64,000 bases of DNA, taken from a virus. Of the stretch, positions 14,801-25,793 are shown one piece after another. Location of the stretch: the IMG/VR virus record IMGVR_UViG_3300046169_000069; one strand, 5' to 3'. The notes beneath the pieces are model-generated. The model saw nothing but the letters and a program-made list of their open reading frames with translations. It did no database searches and had not been told where the DNA came from. The number at the start of each line of letters is the position of its first letter. Position 1 is the first letter of the stretch. The position numbers and the translations under genes were made by a program.

Positions 14801-16533
14801 TAACAGTGTTACCGACAGTTCCGTCTACTGTTGCGTCACCGATTAGGGCAGCGTCTTGTGCATCAGCGTGTGCAATTGCAGCCGCTTGATGTAGATCTGC
14901 TTCTTGATCAGTGTATGCTTTTGCAGCGAATAGTACGTCTGAGTCGCGATCGATGTAATCTAGAGTGATGTTATCAATCTGTGTCTGTAGACCAGCATCT
15001 GCAGTACCACGAGTCGCCGCTTCTGCGTCAATCGCGTTCTGTAGTGCAGTGTCTGCAGAAGCACGTACAGACGCTTCCGTTGAAATAGCAGTAGTGTTAG
15101 ATGATACTAGTGCAGAGATGTCTGAGTCCGCATCTACAAATGCAGAGACAATCTCTTCTAGTGTATCTAGAGTTTCTGGTGAAGCACCAAGGATTGTTGT
15201 AACTTGTGATTGAACAGCGTCAACGTCAGTACGTAGACCAGATTCAACACCAGTTGCACGAGTAACTTCTGCCGCTAGGTCAGATGTTAGTACGCCTTCC
15301 GCAGCAGTCGCACGAGCGATTTCAGCGTCAAGACCTGCTTGTAGGTCAGAGTCGCCTGCAATACGTGCAGCTTTCTTCTGCAGCAACACCTGAATCAGCG
15401 TGTGACTTAGATGCAGCTTCTGCAGATGCGATACGGTCAGTTACAGTGTTTCCTGTAGTACCATCTACAGTTGCATCACCGATCAATAGATCATCGTGTG
15501 CTTTTGCAGATACTAGAGTTGCAGCGTCACCAGAGTTGATCAATGCAGTCATGTCAGTGCGGACTTGTGTGTCAGCAGTTGCACGTGCAGAGATTTCGTC
15601 TTGGATAGATTGTGCGTTTGCAGCTTCTGCCGCTGTTGCACGAGTTTCTTCGTCTGCGATATCCTGAGCGTTAACCGCTTCAGCCGCAGTTGCACGAACG
15701 ATCTCAGCAGCAAGGTCAGATTGTAGAGTGTCTACATTGCCTTCTTCTGTGGTTAGTCGAACGTCTAGTGCGTTGTCAGCAGCGATACGAGCAGCAGCTT
15801 CTTCTGCAGTAAGTGCAGTCTGAAGTGCAGTGTCGCCAGCAGTACGTGCAGATACTTCTGCAGTGATCTGACCTTGTAGATCAGCTTCTGCAGTTGTTGC
15901 ACGTGTAACCTCGTTAGAGATTGCAGTTGAGTTTGCAATAGTAGATGCAGTCAATACGCTATCTGCGTTTTGGAATGCAACGACGATTTCTGCAAGTGAG
16001 TCAAGTGCAGCAGCTGGGTCAGTATTGCTAACAATGTTGTCAATACGAGTGGTTAGAGCTGAATCTGCAGTTTGGTATGCAAGTTCAATTGCATCTTCAC
16101 GTGCTACCGCACGAGTAACTTCTGCAGCAAGATCAGCAGTGAGTGTTGCGTCAGCAGCGATACGAGCAGCTTCTTCCGCGTCAATGTTTTGTTGTAGTAG
16201 AGTTTCAGCCGCTGATGCGCGTGAAGATTCAGTTGCTACCGCGTCTGCGATATCTTGTGCAACTGCCGCCTTAGCACGTGCGTCAGTGAAGTACTTAGAT
16301 GAATTTTCGGTAGTGCCTTCAGAGATGTCGTCCGTAGAGAACGATGCGATGAAGTCATCTGCGCCAATTTTCTTAAGTGAGTCTGAACCTACATCGTACA
16401 ATAGGGTAAAACAATCTGCAGGGTTAACCATTCCCTGTAGTTCGGCTTGCCCCTGTACCGCGCTCTCATCAAGTTTTGTATTGATGACGGCCTTGTCGGC
16501 CAGAGCAGGTGATTTAATTTGCCTAAATGCCAT
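11899..16533 (-). CDS. Long coiled-coil tail-fibre-like structural protein (~1540 aa), split by three apparent frameshifts
   Basis: ORFs 15346..16533, 13809..15389, 13604..13909 and 11899..13656 join after removing one base each at ~15373, ~13856 and ~13619. AE..RA..A heptads; C-terminal GDGSQTVFAL..VFVGGVIQ and RSAKFIV..IHDGTNAYITEYG domains typical of marine T4-like virion proteins. Confidence 0.75.
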
Positions 16534-16583
16534 TAGGTAATCTCCTAGGTTAGTGGTTTTGGAATTAAACGTTTAATAATATA

Positions 16584-16943
16584 CTAACGAAATTTAATGT
16601 AGATGTCCGTCCCTACTGGGGGGATCTCAAAAAACTGAATAGTATTCTCAATTGTTTCATAGATTTCTTCAGGATGCTGAAGAACATCGTTAACCCAGAC
16701 ATCAATTAGATCATCACGAGATGGGATACCATTCAAAGTAAATACTGCAGTGTCGCCTGGAGCAATGATAGACTGTGCTTCAGGAATGACAGTGCGTTCA
16801 TTGGTTGATGAAGAGGTACCTTCGATATAATCGAATAATGCGGTTTCTTGGCCGGGTGTCGCAGAAACTTCTTCTTGTTTTTGTTTAGCTAAGTTGAAAA
16901 GACTTTCGGCAAGTACCCTGTTGAAGGATTTATTATTGATCAT
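16584..16943 (-). CDS. Small virion structural protein (beta-sandwich of the 'VWVNDVLQ' type)
   Basis: 119-aa ORF downstream of a late promoter; same domain type as in neighbouring fibre genes. Confidence 0.6.
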   Translation of the reverse strand: MINNKSFNRVLAESLFNLAKQKQEEVSATPGQETALFDYIEGTSSSTNERTVIPEAQSIIAPGDTAVFTLNGIPSRDDLIDVWVNDVLQHPEEIYETIENTIQFFEIPPVGTDIYIKFR

Positions 16944-16980
16944 ATCTTTGGAATACTACGTCTGATTAATATACTGTCTT

Positions 16981-16988
16981 TATTTATA
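16981..16988 (-). promoter_or_regulatory. T4-type late promoter TATAAATA
   Basis: tatttata on plus strand, intergenic, ~40 nt upstream of the start at 16943. Confidence 0.8.
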
Positions 16989-17020
16989 TTAAAAACGAGT
17001 TCAAAGCGTATTTTTATTTT

Positions 17021-17903
17021 TTATGACTGCCTGAACTGTAGTAATTCTTGTAATAACTCTGTGACATCTTGTAGATCACTATCCAGACTATTAATTCTGG
17101 CGTGTAATACGTCTACTTCAGTTTGTGTAGTGACACTCTGGCCATTCAATGTATAGTTACCAAGAAGTTGAACTCCAGTATCGTCCAGAACAAGTCTATC
17201 ATCATTTTGGTGTTGTATCTTGAACTGACTATCGTTAAACCCCAAGTGTTTAATAATAGTGTCAGTACCATTATGATAAAAACGAGTTTCTTCGTTGGTG
17301 CCTACAATAAAGGCAAAGTGGTCATCTATGATGAGGTCGTTTCCAAAAGAAACGCCAGTAGAATTGTAGGCTGCTACCTGAACTACCTGTTCATCGCCTA
17401 CAATGTGTGTAAGGGAGATCGTGTCTCCGTCATTCGCAACGTAGTCTATTCCTTGATGGAGTAAGACACCGTTGAGATATACTTGAATTCTTGATGGACT
17501 GTTCGGATCTGGATCGTATTGTAATACGTTGCCAGCGTCATCTGCACCCGTTATAACCTCTAGTGTTCCATCGGACGTATAGATGTATGCGTTGAATGTA
17601 GTTGTCGCAGAGAGACTATCGTCCCCTACAGCGCCAATCTCTACAATCGTTTGAACTCCACCATCATACTCTCGTTTGATGTAGAGCTTTTCCGTCTTGA
17701 GTATTTATACCGATCTCGCCCAGTTTTAACTCTTCAATACTGGGAATATCACCAAGACCGTCAAATGTCTTGATGTTCGCACCGATATTCTGTACGACAT
17801 TACTGATAGGTCGGCCGACCGTGACTCTCTTAACCTTGGTTCCAGAACCAAACCCACTGATAGAGGATACGTTTGTGACTCCGCCAATTCTACGTATAGG
17901 CAT
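17021..17903 (-). CDS. Virion structural protein (~293 aa), one apparent frameshift
   Basis: 17664..17903 (..LGEIGINTQDGK) continues as LYIKREYDGG..IQVYLNGVLL.. into 17021..17245 after removing one base at ~17688. Confidence 0.65.
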
Positions 17904-17907
17904 GTCG

Positions 17908-18258
17908 TTACCTCGTGACCGAAGGGTTGACTTTTATCTTACCTTCTAGTATTCTTTCTATAATAGTATGACCGTCTTCATCAACGAAACTGATCTCAAC
18001 ATCATAGACGTATCTACCACGAGTGGATAGGGCATCGGTTTGCAAGTTAGTTAAGGATATTGTAACGATGCCCTCTAAAGGAGGAGTGGGTATTACAGCC
18101 GTGAAGTCAATTGACTCTGTACTTCTGTAAGTTTTTTTCAGTTTGGCGGCCGCTGAATAACCAGTAAGATCTTTCTTAGATCCGTCCGGATTCACTAACT
18201 CTATCTGTAGAGCTAGGTCCGAACCTTGATCAATTGTAAAATCTTCGTAAGTCGCCAT
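17908..18258 (-). CDS. Conserved Ig-like virion structural protein
   Basis: IDQGSD..DLTGYS..GRYVYDVEI..RILEGKI.V.PSVTR pattern, typical of marine T4-like tail modules. Confidence 0.65.
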   Translation of the reverse strand: MATYEDFTIDQGSDLALQIELVNPDGSKKDLTGYSAAAKLKKTYRSTESIDFTAVIPTPPLEGIVTISLTNLQTDALSTRGRYVYDVEISFVDEDGHTIIERILEGKIKVNPSVTR

Positions 18259-18294
18259 TATGGTTAAACCCTAAGTGTTATAAACTTCTGTTTC

Positions 18295-18302
18295 TATTTA
18301 TA
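18295..18302 (-). promoter_or_regulatory. T4-type late promoter TATAAATA
   Basis: tatttata, intergenic, upstream of 18258. Confidence 0.8.
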
Positions 18303-18306
18303 ACAC

Positions 18307-19011
18307 TTAAACTGCAGAAATGTCGTCAAGAACCATCTCACGAAATTCTTCAGAAGTCTCTGACCAGTCAAATACATAAGAAACGGTAACACGCCAGTCA
18401 TCTGTAGATGCGGCATGATACATTAACTTTTCTGGTTCGTCATAGTGTCCGAAGTATGCAGCCTTACAAGTCCATACTCCTGGCGTGTCTTGACAGCGAA
18501 CAACTTCTTTCGTTTCTGGGTGAATGTAGTCAAAGTAACCAGAACCATCTTCTGAGTAAGAGAAGATAAGATTAAAACCTGGCGCATTTGCATTGTTATG
18601 CCATGAGATATACCCGCCCGGTGGATAGACTGCTGCAAGTGCATTGTGTTTAACAGACAAGAAGTTCATCATCTTGTCGTTTAGATCACGTAGGTGATGA
18701 GTCATGTCACGTTTAAAGATTGGGTCTGCATCTTTTTCAAACATCTTATGTGCGCGGTCAGATAGTTTGAAGTTATATCCAACCATCTCTTCGGGAAATC
18801 CATCATGTCCCTTTCCCATTGCAACGATGTCATTCATGTATCCTTCACCAACGTAGTATGAACGTTGACGAATATGTTCTGCTGCAGTCAAGTGACAGTT
18901 CTTTTCAAAACCCTGCATAGTATGCAATTTGGCATACTGGTCTAAAACCTCTAGCAACTCTGGGTTATTTACCTCTACGTGCTTTAGATATTGGTCGTTT
19001 ACCTGTGTCAT
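18307..19011 (-). CDS. Putative 2OG-Fe(II) oxygenase / cupin-fold hydroxylase
   Basis: YPPGGYISWHNN..NLIFSYS..GYF..MYHAA....RVTVSY matches the double-stranded beta-helix layout: HxN in place of HxD, distal His, 2OG-binding Arg. Confidence 0.6.
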   Translation of the reverse strand: MTQVNDQYLKHVEVNNPELLEVLDQYAKLHTMQGFEKNCHLTAAEHIRQRSYYVGEGYMNDIVAMGKGHDGFPEEMVGYNFKLSDRAHKMFEKDADPIFKRDMTHHLRDLNDKMMNFLSVKHNALAAVYPPGGYISWHNNANAPGFNLIFSYSEDGSGYFDYIHPETKEVVRCQDTPGVWTCKAAYFGHYDEPEKLMYHAASTDDWRVTVSYVFDWSETSEEFREMVLDDISAV

Positions 19012-19736
19012 ACGATTGGAGTATCCTTGTTCAACCCAGCCGAGAAGTGTCTTAAAATTACGGGTCCCGTCTCAGGTCGTGTTCTTGCCCAATTGAGGGC
19101 ATTGTAATAATTCCACCTCAAGTCATCATCAAAGATACCAACCTTGAGGTCCTTATACTTTTCTTCCTTCTCAGTTAACCACCAAAGCGAGAACTGATCC
19201 CAAGACTTGAGACTGTCTGCATACCCTTCTGGCCACCAAGAGTCGTTCATCTGTCTGAATGTCAAGTCCCACCAATCGTCCATGAATTCACGTACAATCG
19301 GTTTACTCATATCATACAAACAAACGCCACCGCATAATGTAAACTTCGCCATACCCTCTGGTGTAGAGAAGTCGCGTTCTGCGTAGATGTAATCTCTATC
19401 ATCTGTTAACGCAGAAAACACCACATCGTGGTCTTTCATCTCATCCCAAACTTTTACAATGTCTTCGTGCTCACATTCCATATCAGCATCAATGTACATT
19501 GTCAAGTCATACGGAGACTTTGCCATCCCCCACAACTTCGCACGGTAGTGATCATCACAAAAGATGATATCATCCGCGACTTCGCGACCACGATCATCAA
19601 TAAACCGTTCTTCGGTCACTAAACAAATCTTGCAATCCTCATAGTAATCTCTAATGGATTCGGCAAGATTCAATGCGTACAAATAAAAGTTGCGTTTCTT
19701 AGACGCAACTAACAAAAATCCTTTACTCTTTTCCAC
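19008..19736 (-). CDS. GT-A fold glycosyltransferase (GT8/GT77-like)
   Basis: SPYDLTMYIDAD (DxD), LCGGVCLY and WDQ motifs. Confidence 0.75.
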   Translation of the reverse strand: MEKSKGFLLVASKKRNFYLYALNLAESIRDYYEDCKICLVTEERFIDDRGREVADDIIFCDDHYRAKLWGMAKSPYDLTMYIDADMECEHEDIVKVWDEMKDHDVVFSALTDDRDYIYAERDFSTPEGMAKFTLCGGVCLYDMSKPIVREFMDDWWDLTFRQMNDSWWPEGYADSLKSWDQFSLWWLTEKEEKYKDLKVGIFDDDLRWNYYNALNWARTRPETGPVILRHFSAGLNKDTPIV

Positions 19737-20185
19737 TGTCTTCGGCCTCTAGTTGTTCTTGCAGAATCATAATTGAGTACATATCTACTTCAATCTTTGA
19801 CTTTGCCCGACGCAGTTTAGCCTTCAACTTGCGGTTCTTAGAGTTCTTAATCTCTTCAACCTCAAACGCTTCTAGTTTGTAGTTGAACAGTTTTTCAAGC
19901 TTACGTGCCTTTTGATGTTCTTCTTCACGTATCTTGTCTTCTTCAGCTTCTGCCTTCTTGCGAACAACACGATTCAGATGTTTCCTTATCAATCGCATCT
20001 TCACCTAGAGAATCAATCACTTCTTTAAAAAGTTCGTTCTCACTACCGTCCTTATCATGACGATGTAAAAACATTTGTTGGCGCGTCACTCTACCAACGT
20101 CATCTTCAAGTTCTAGAATACAGTTTAGTTCTTTCTTTTCGTCTGTTTCCCAGAACGCATTATCCATCCAACGCTTATAACTCAT
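19723..20185 (-). CDS. Hypothetical protein (~153 aa, charged helical C-terminus), one apparent frameshift
   Basis: 19943..20185 joins 19723..20004 after removing one base at ~19974; overlaps the start of the glycosyltransferase. Confidence 0.6.
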
Positions 20186-20232
20186 TAAGTATCTCCAAAG
20201 AGTTCAATTCAATTCAAATGTATATAGTGTAG

Positions 20233-20260
20233 AAATAAAACGGGTCAAGTGAATGACCCG
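20233..20260 (-). terminator. Putative intrinsic terminator after the hairpin-repeat gene
   Basis: cgggtca-N6-tgacccg stem followed by ttttattt on the minus strand. Confidence 0.55.
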
Positions 20261-20270
20261 CATTTCCTAT

Positions 20271-20299
20271 ATTATAACACAGTACGGTTGATTATGCAA
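20271..20299 (-). promoter_or_regulatory. Possible sigma70-type promoter TTGCAT-17-TATAAT
   Basis: Minus strand ttgcat aatcaaccgtactgtgt tataat, overlapping the upstream stop codon. Confidence 0.35.
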
Positions 20300-23200
20300 C
20301 ACGTACGTATAATGTATATGTTTCAGTAACCTCTGTAAGCGTATCTGAAATCGTTGCACCCACGTAGTTACCCAAGAAAGATCTTGCATAGTTACCAACG
20401 TAATCTCGAGCATAGTTACCACCAAATGTACGTGAGTAATTACCTGTAAAGTCTCCAACATAGGCAGAGTCACGATTGCGTGAGTATGCACCAGAGTAGG
20501 CCGAGTTACGGACACGAGCGTATGCAGATACACGTACGCGTGAGTAGTTACCTACGAAGTCGCGTGAGTAAGTGCCAGTGTATTCACCAGTAAATGTACG
20601 TGAATAATCACCGACATAGTTGCCACCGAAGTCGCGAGTATATGTGCCAGTGTATTCACCAGCAAAGTCACGGGAGTAGTTACCTACATATTCCCCAGCG
20701 AAGCCGCGTGAGTAGTTGCCCGCATACTGACCAGAGAAGTCGCGAGTATATGTGCCAGTGTATTCACCCGCGAATCCACGAGCATAGTTACCTACGAAGT
20801 CGCCGACAAAGTCACTTGCATAAGCCCCAGTGTATTCACCAGCAAATGTTCTTGCATAGTTACCAGTAAAGTCTCCAGCAAAATCACGTGCATAATTACC
20901 AGCAAATGTTCTTGCATAGTTACCAGTAAATGTGGCATTATATGTTCCCGCATACTCACCAACAAATCCACGTGAGTAAGCACCAGTATATTCACCAACG
21001 AAGTTGTTGTTGTAAGTACCAGTGTATGCGCCTGTGTATTCACCTACGAATGTTCGGTTATAAGTTCCTGCGTATTCGCCAACAAATCCACGTGAATAGT
21101 TACCCGCAAAGTTTCCACCAAAGTCACGTGCGTAGTTTCCTACGTAGTTTCCACCGAAGTCTCCAACAAAATCACCGATAAAGTTACCAGCGAAGTTACG
21201 AGAGTAGTTACCAGTGAATGTGCGTGAGTAGTTGCCTGCAAAATCTCCAGCGAAGTCACGCGAGTAGTTACCAGTGAATGTACGTGAATAGTTACCAGCA
21301 AAGTTTCCTGCAAAGTTAGTCACACGATCACGAGCATATGTTGATGCGCGGTTGCGGATGTATGCAGAAACACGAGTCACGACATATGCAGAGTAACGAG
21401 TACGAGTAGATGTACGAGTATACTCACCAGTAAAGTTACCGGCATATTCACCCGCGAATCCACGAGCATAGTTACCTACAAAGTCACCTGCATAGTTACG
21501 GGCGTAGTTACCGATAAAGTTACCAGCGAAATTTGTTACTCTATCACGAGTGAAGTTACCTATGTAATCAGTAATTCGTGTACGTGCATACGAAGAGTTG
21601 CGATTACGCGTAGATGTACGTGTTGATGTACGAGTAAAGTTACCTGTGTAATCAGTAATTCGTGTACGTGCATAAGCTGAGTAACGTGTGCGTGTTGAAG
21701 TAATTGTCGATACACGTGTGAAGTTGCCTACGTAGTTTGTTACGCGATCACGAGCGTAAGCTGAGTTACGTGTACGAGTATAGTTTGTTGCACGAGTTCT
21801 TGCATAAGCACTGTAACGAGTACGAGTAGATGTGCGCGTAGATGTACGAGTAAAGTCACCAACATAGTTAGTAATACGAGTACGTGAGTAGGCACTGTAA
21901 CGAGTACGTGTTGAAGTACGTGTTGACGTACGAGCATATTCACCTACGAAGTCACCAGCATAGTATCCAGTACGTGTGTAGTTACCTGTATTGGTAAAGG
22001 TCTGAACACGATTACGAGTGAACGCACGAGCGTAGTTACCTGTGTAGTACAATGTACGAGTGTAGTAACCAGTACCTGTACCCGTACGTGTTGACGTACG
22101 GCTGTAATTGCCTTCATATGAGAACGGACGACTACGAGTATAGTTTCCTACAAAATCACCAGTAAAGTTGGTTACACGATCACGTGAGTAGTTTCCAGCG
22201 TATGAGAACGCACGACTTCGATTATACGTAGAAGTACGGGTGCGCGTATAGTCGCGAGAGTAGTTTCCAGCGTAAGAGAATGCACGACTGCGAGTATAAT
22301 CCTCTGCGGATACACGAGTTCGGGCATAGTCCCCAACAAAGTTGCCGGTAAAAGAACCAGCCGTGCCTTGAGTAACCAACCCATAGTAATAATTTTGAAA
22401 AAGTTGCATTTGGAGAGTGCCTCTTGAATAGGTCACTCCATTGTGCGTAATTGAAGTTGCGTTGGCGTTAGTGCTGGTCGCAATAGTCGTAGCGTTAATA
22501 ACAACAGAAGCTCCCGCAGTACTCTTTAACCAATATGTGACATATTGGGCGTACTGAGTAGTACTTCCCGAATTAACAGAAGTTCGGGTTGATGTGCGTG
22601 CGTAGTTGCCTACATACGAAGTACCGCCCGTAACTCCAGTATAGTTTCCTACAAAGTTTCCTGTAAAAGAACCGCCAGAACCACTGTAAGTAACGCCGTA
22701 ACGAGTTTCCAGCCCAAAGTTCTCTCGGAAAGTGCCTCGATTATACGTGACACCACCATTGGTTATTGATGTCATGGTGGTTCCTTGCGCTATATAGCGA
22801 CAGAAGAACCGCCCACATAAACAATTACAGTACTGGATTCATTATCAATAACCCAACCATCTGTCACTGTGTTGAAAGGACTCTCCGAATAATCGTCAGT
22901 AGCACCACCAGAACCTGTAGAAACGCGAGTAGAAGTTCGGGTGAAATCTGTACTAGTTGGAGTTCCAGTGTAGTTACCTAAATAAGATCCCGTTCGGTTT
23001 CGAGTAAAGTTTCTTGAATAGTTTCCGCCGAAGTTGCGCGAATAATTACCCAAATAAGATCCAGTACGAGTACGGCCGTAGTTACCTATAAAGTTGCCTG
23101 CGTAGTTGACATCTGGTTCGCGAGTATAGTTACCCAAATAAGATCCGGTTCGTGTACGCGCATAGTTACCTACGAAGTCACCTGCGTAGTATAGAGTACG

Positions 23201-25697
23201 AGTATAGGCTGGGGTACGTGCATAGTCTGCAGCATAGTTACGTGCATAGTTGCCAGTGAAGTCGCCGACATAGTACAGTGTACGCTGATAGTTCAAAGTA
23301 CGTGTTGAAGTACGTGTTGATGTGCGTGAATAGTTTCCTACAAAATCACCAGCATAGTTACCAGCAAAACCACGAGAATAGTTGCCTACAAAGTCGCCAG
23401 TAAATGTAGTCGCGTAATTACCTACGAAATCACCACCGTAGTTGCCTGCGAATCCTCGAGCATAGTTGCCTACAAAGTCGCCTACATAGTCTCCGACATA
23501 ATTTCGGGCGTAGTTACCAATAAAGTTACCAGCGAATGTGGTTGTATAGTTGCCTGTGTAGTTACCTGCAAAGTCACCAGCGTATCCACGAGCATAGTTA
23601 CCTACGAAATCTCCGGTGAATACTGTAGTGTAGTTACCAACGAAATCGCCACCGTAGTTGCCCACAAATGTACGTGCATAGTTTCCTACGAAATCTCCGG
23701 TGAATACTGTTGTATAATTGCCAACAAAGTTACCAGCGTAGTTAGTAACACGGTCACGTGTGTATGCAGACGCACGAGTACGTGTTGACGTACGTGCATA
23801 AGCTGAGTAACGTGTTCTCGCAGAAGTACGAGTAGAAACACGAGCATAGTTACCTACGTAGTTTCCTGCAAATCCGCGTGAGTAGTTACCTACGAAGTTA
23901 CGCGAATAGTTGCCTTGGAAGTTACGTGAGTAGTTTCCAATAAAGTTGCCAGCAAAATCGGTCACACGATCGCGAACATATGAAGAAACACGGCCACGAG
24001 TAAACTCACCCGTGAAGTTAGTCACACGATTGCGTGTGTAAGTAGAAACACGGGCACGAGCATAAGCATTTGCAAAGTTAGTGACACGGTCGCGAGTGTA
24101 GTTAGTGATGCGGGTTCGTGTGTAATCTGCAGAGTATGCTGATGTGCGTGTACGAGTTGAAGTTCTTGTATAAGCTGAGTTACGAGTACGTGAGTATGTT
24201 CCGGCATAAGCTGATACACGGTTTCGTGAATATGTACCAGAGTATGTACCTGTGTATGAAGAAACACGAGTACGAGCGTAAGTGCCTGAATAGGCAGAGT
24301 TACGAGTACGTGCATATGTACCTGCATAAGCAGAAACACGACCACGAGTGTATGCAGAAGAACGAGAACGCGTGAACGTACCAGTAAAGTTCTGTACGCG
24401 ATTACGTGTGTAAGTAGAAACACGTGCGCGTGAGTAAGTTCCCGCAAAGTAACCAGTAAATGCAGTTAGTCTATTACGAGAATATGTAGAGATACGGTTA
24501 CGAGCATACGCGCCAGAGTACGCAGATGTGCGTGTGCGCGAATATGTTCCAACGTATGTTGAGACACGGGTTCTCGCATAAGTGTCTGAATACGCGGATG
24601 TACGAGTTCGTGAGTAGGTTCCTGTATAAGAGGAAACACGTGTACGAGTGTAATCAGCCGAGTAAGTAGAAACACGATTGCGAATATAAGTCCCTTCATA
24701 TGAAGATGGTCGCGTACGAGTGTACTCTCCGACGAAATCTCGAGAATAGTTACCTACGAAATCTCTATTATATGTTCCTGTGTAGTCTCCAACAAAGGTG
24801 CGGGAGAATGTATCTACACTATTACGTGTGTATGTTGAAACTCTATCGCGAGTGTAAGCCGAAATACGCGTACGTGCGTATGATGAGTTACGTGTGCGAG
24901 AGTATGAACTATTTACAATAGTACGTCGGGTGTTAGTTGCATCACCAACAACAGACCATGTTCCAGGCAGTGTTGGTACACCTTGCGCAGCTGAACGGAA
25001 CTGATAAGATCCGATCGCACCGGCCGTCGCACGGAGGGATTTGACACGTTGACCAATAGTATATTTGATCTGATCATCCGACATTTCTTTGAATCCGTCA
25101 AAGTTGGATGACCCATCGTAACAAATAGCAACGGGACGCACTGCGTTAACCACAGGCATCGTTACACGTTGATAGATGTTGTAATTTGTTACTGTACCAT
25201 CACCGTGTGTGTCTGAGAAGACATTTGCGAGGAAGACCGTATAGTCTGCGCCAGGTGATGTACTAGAAAGTTTGAATGTACCGACATAGTCATTCTGGAC
25301 CATGTTACTGAGTACACGACTTGCAAGATTATCCAAATCTGGATCTACCATTTCGTAGAAGCCTGGATTTGGGGCCTGAGTCATAATAACCCACAGGACG
25401 AACAAAATCGGCACCAGTTTCATCTGCAACACCGCCCACCTGACGTAGAGGTGTGGTTACAGTTGTAGATGTGATATTAGTAATTGGGTGAGTGCCCGCA
25501 GATTCATTAAAATACGCGTCCGTAAATGAACCAATATTAACATCACCAGTTAAACTGATATCTCCGACTTCACCAGCAGATGCATCTGCTAATGCTTGTC
25601 CCACCGCATAAGAAAGATAGTTCTCTTCTAGCGGTGTAAATTCCTGTAGGTCACCATTAGTATTTTTAATTTTTAGTGGGATACTAGATGCTGACAC
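20292..25697 (-). CDS. ~1800-aa tetrapeptide-repeat fibre protein with self-complementary arms (predicted giant beta-hairpin), two apparent frameshifts
   Basis: ORFs 25329..25697, 22790..25432 and 20292..22775 join at ~25373 (YYDSGP|NPGFYEM) and ~22792 (SVAI|AQGTTMTSIT). N-terminal ~260-aa globular region, then ~320 [YFRS]xxx units. Two late promoters upstream. Confidence 0.75.
20367..24904 (-). repeat. Degenerate 12-nt coding repeat array (YxRx, RxSx, FxGN, STRT, YxGT units)
   Basis: Strict 4-residue periodicity; recurring DNA words tagttacc and tacgag. Confidence 0.9.
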
Positions 25698-25746
25698 AAT
25701 AATTGCTCTCTTGTAAAAGTTGAAATTAACGGTTAATAACGTACTT

Positions 25747-25754
25747 TATTTATA
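25747..25754 (-). promoter_or_regulatory. T4-type late promoter TATAAATA
   Basis: tatttata, 50 nt upstream of the GTG start at 25697. Confidence 0.8.
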
Positions 25755-25793
25755 ATAAAAAAAATGTGCGGAAACCAAAGTCTGCGCACATTT
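25755..25793 (-). terminator. Putative intrinsic terminator
   Basis: aaatgtgcg..cgcacattt inverted repeat with a long U tract on the minus strand, downstream of 25817. Confidence 0.5.

Noticed and set aside
71-16540. Many plus-strand ORFs (e.g. 13777..14646, 12800..13333)
   Set aside because: They are in-frame antisense shadows of Ala-rich minus-strand genes, with no RBS or promoter support.
17702-17709. TATAAATA match
   Set aside because: It lies within a coding region (G-I-N-T codons) far from any start; may be chance.
20367-24904. Arm complementarity caused by a DNA inverted repeat
   Set aside because: Both arms are on the same strand, and paired units are not reverse complements (YSRT codons do not invert to FxGN codons). 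The symmetry exists only at protein level.
20367-24904. CRISPR array or DGR template/variable repeats
   Set aside because: Repeats are degenerate 12-nt coding units varying at synonymous positions; there are no constant repeats with spacers, no adenine-specific TR/VR pair, and no RT or cas gene in the window.
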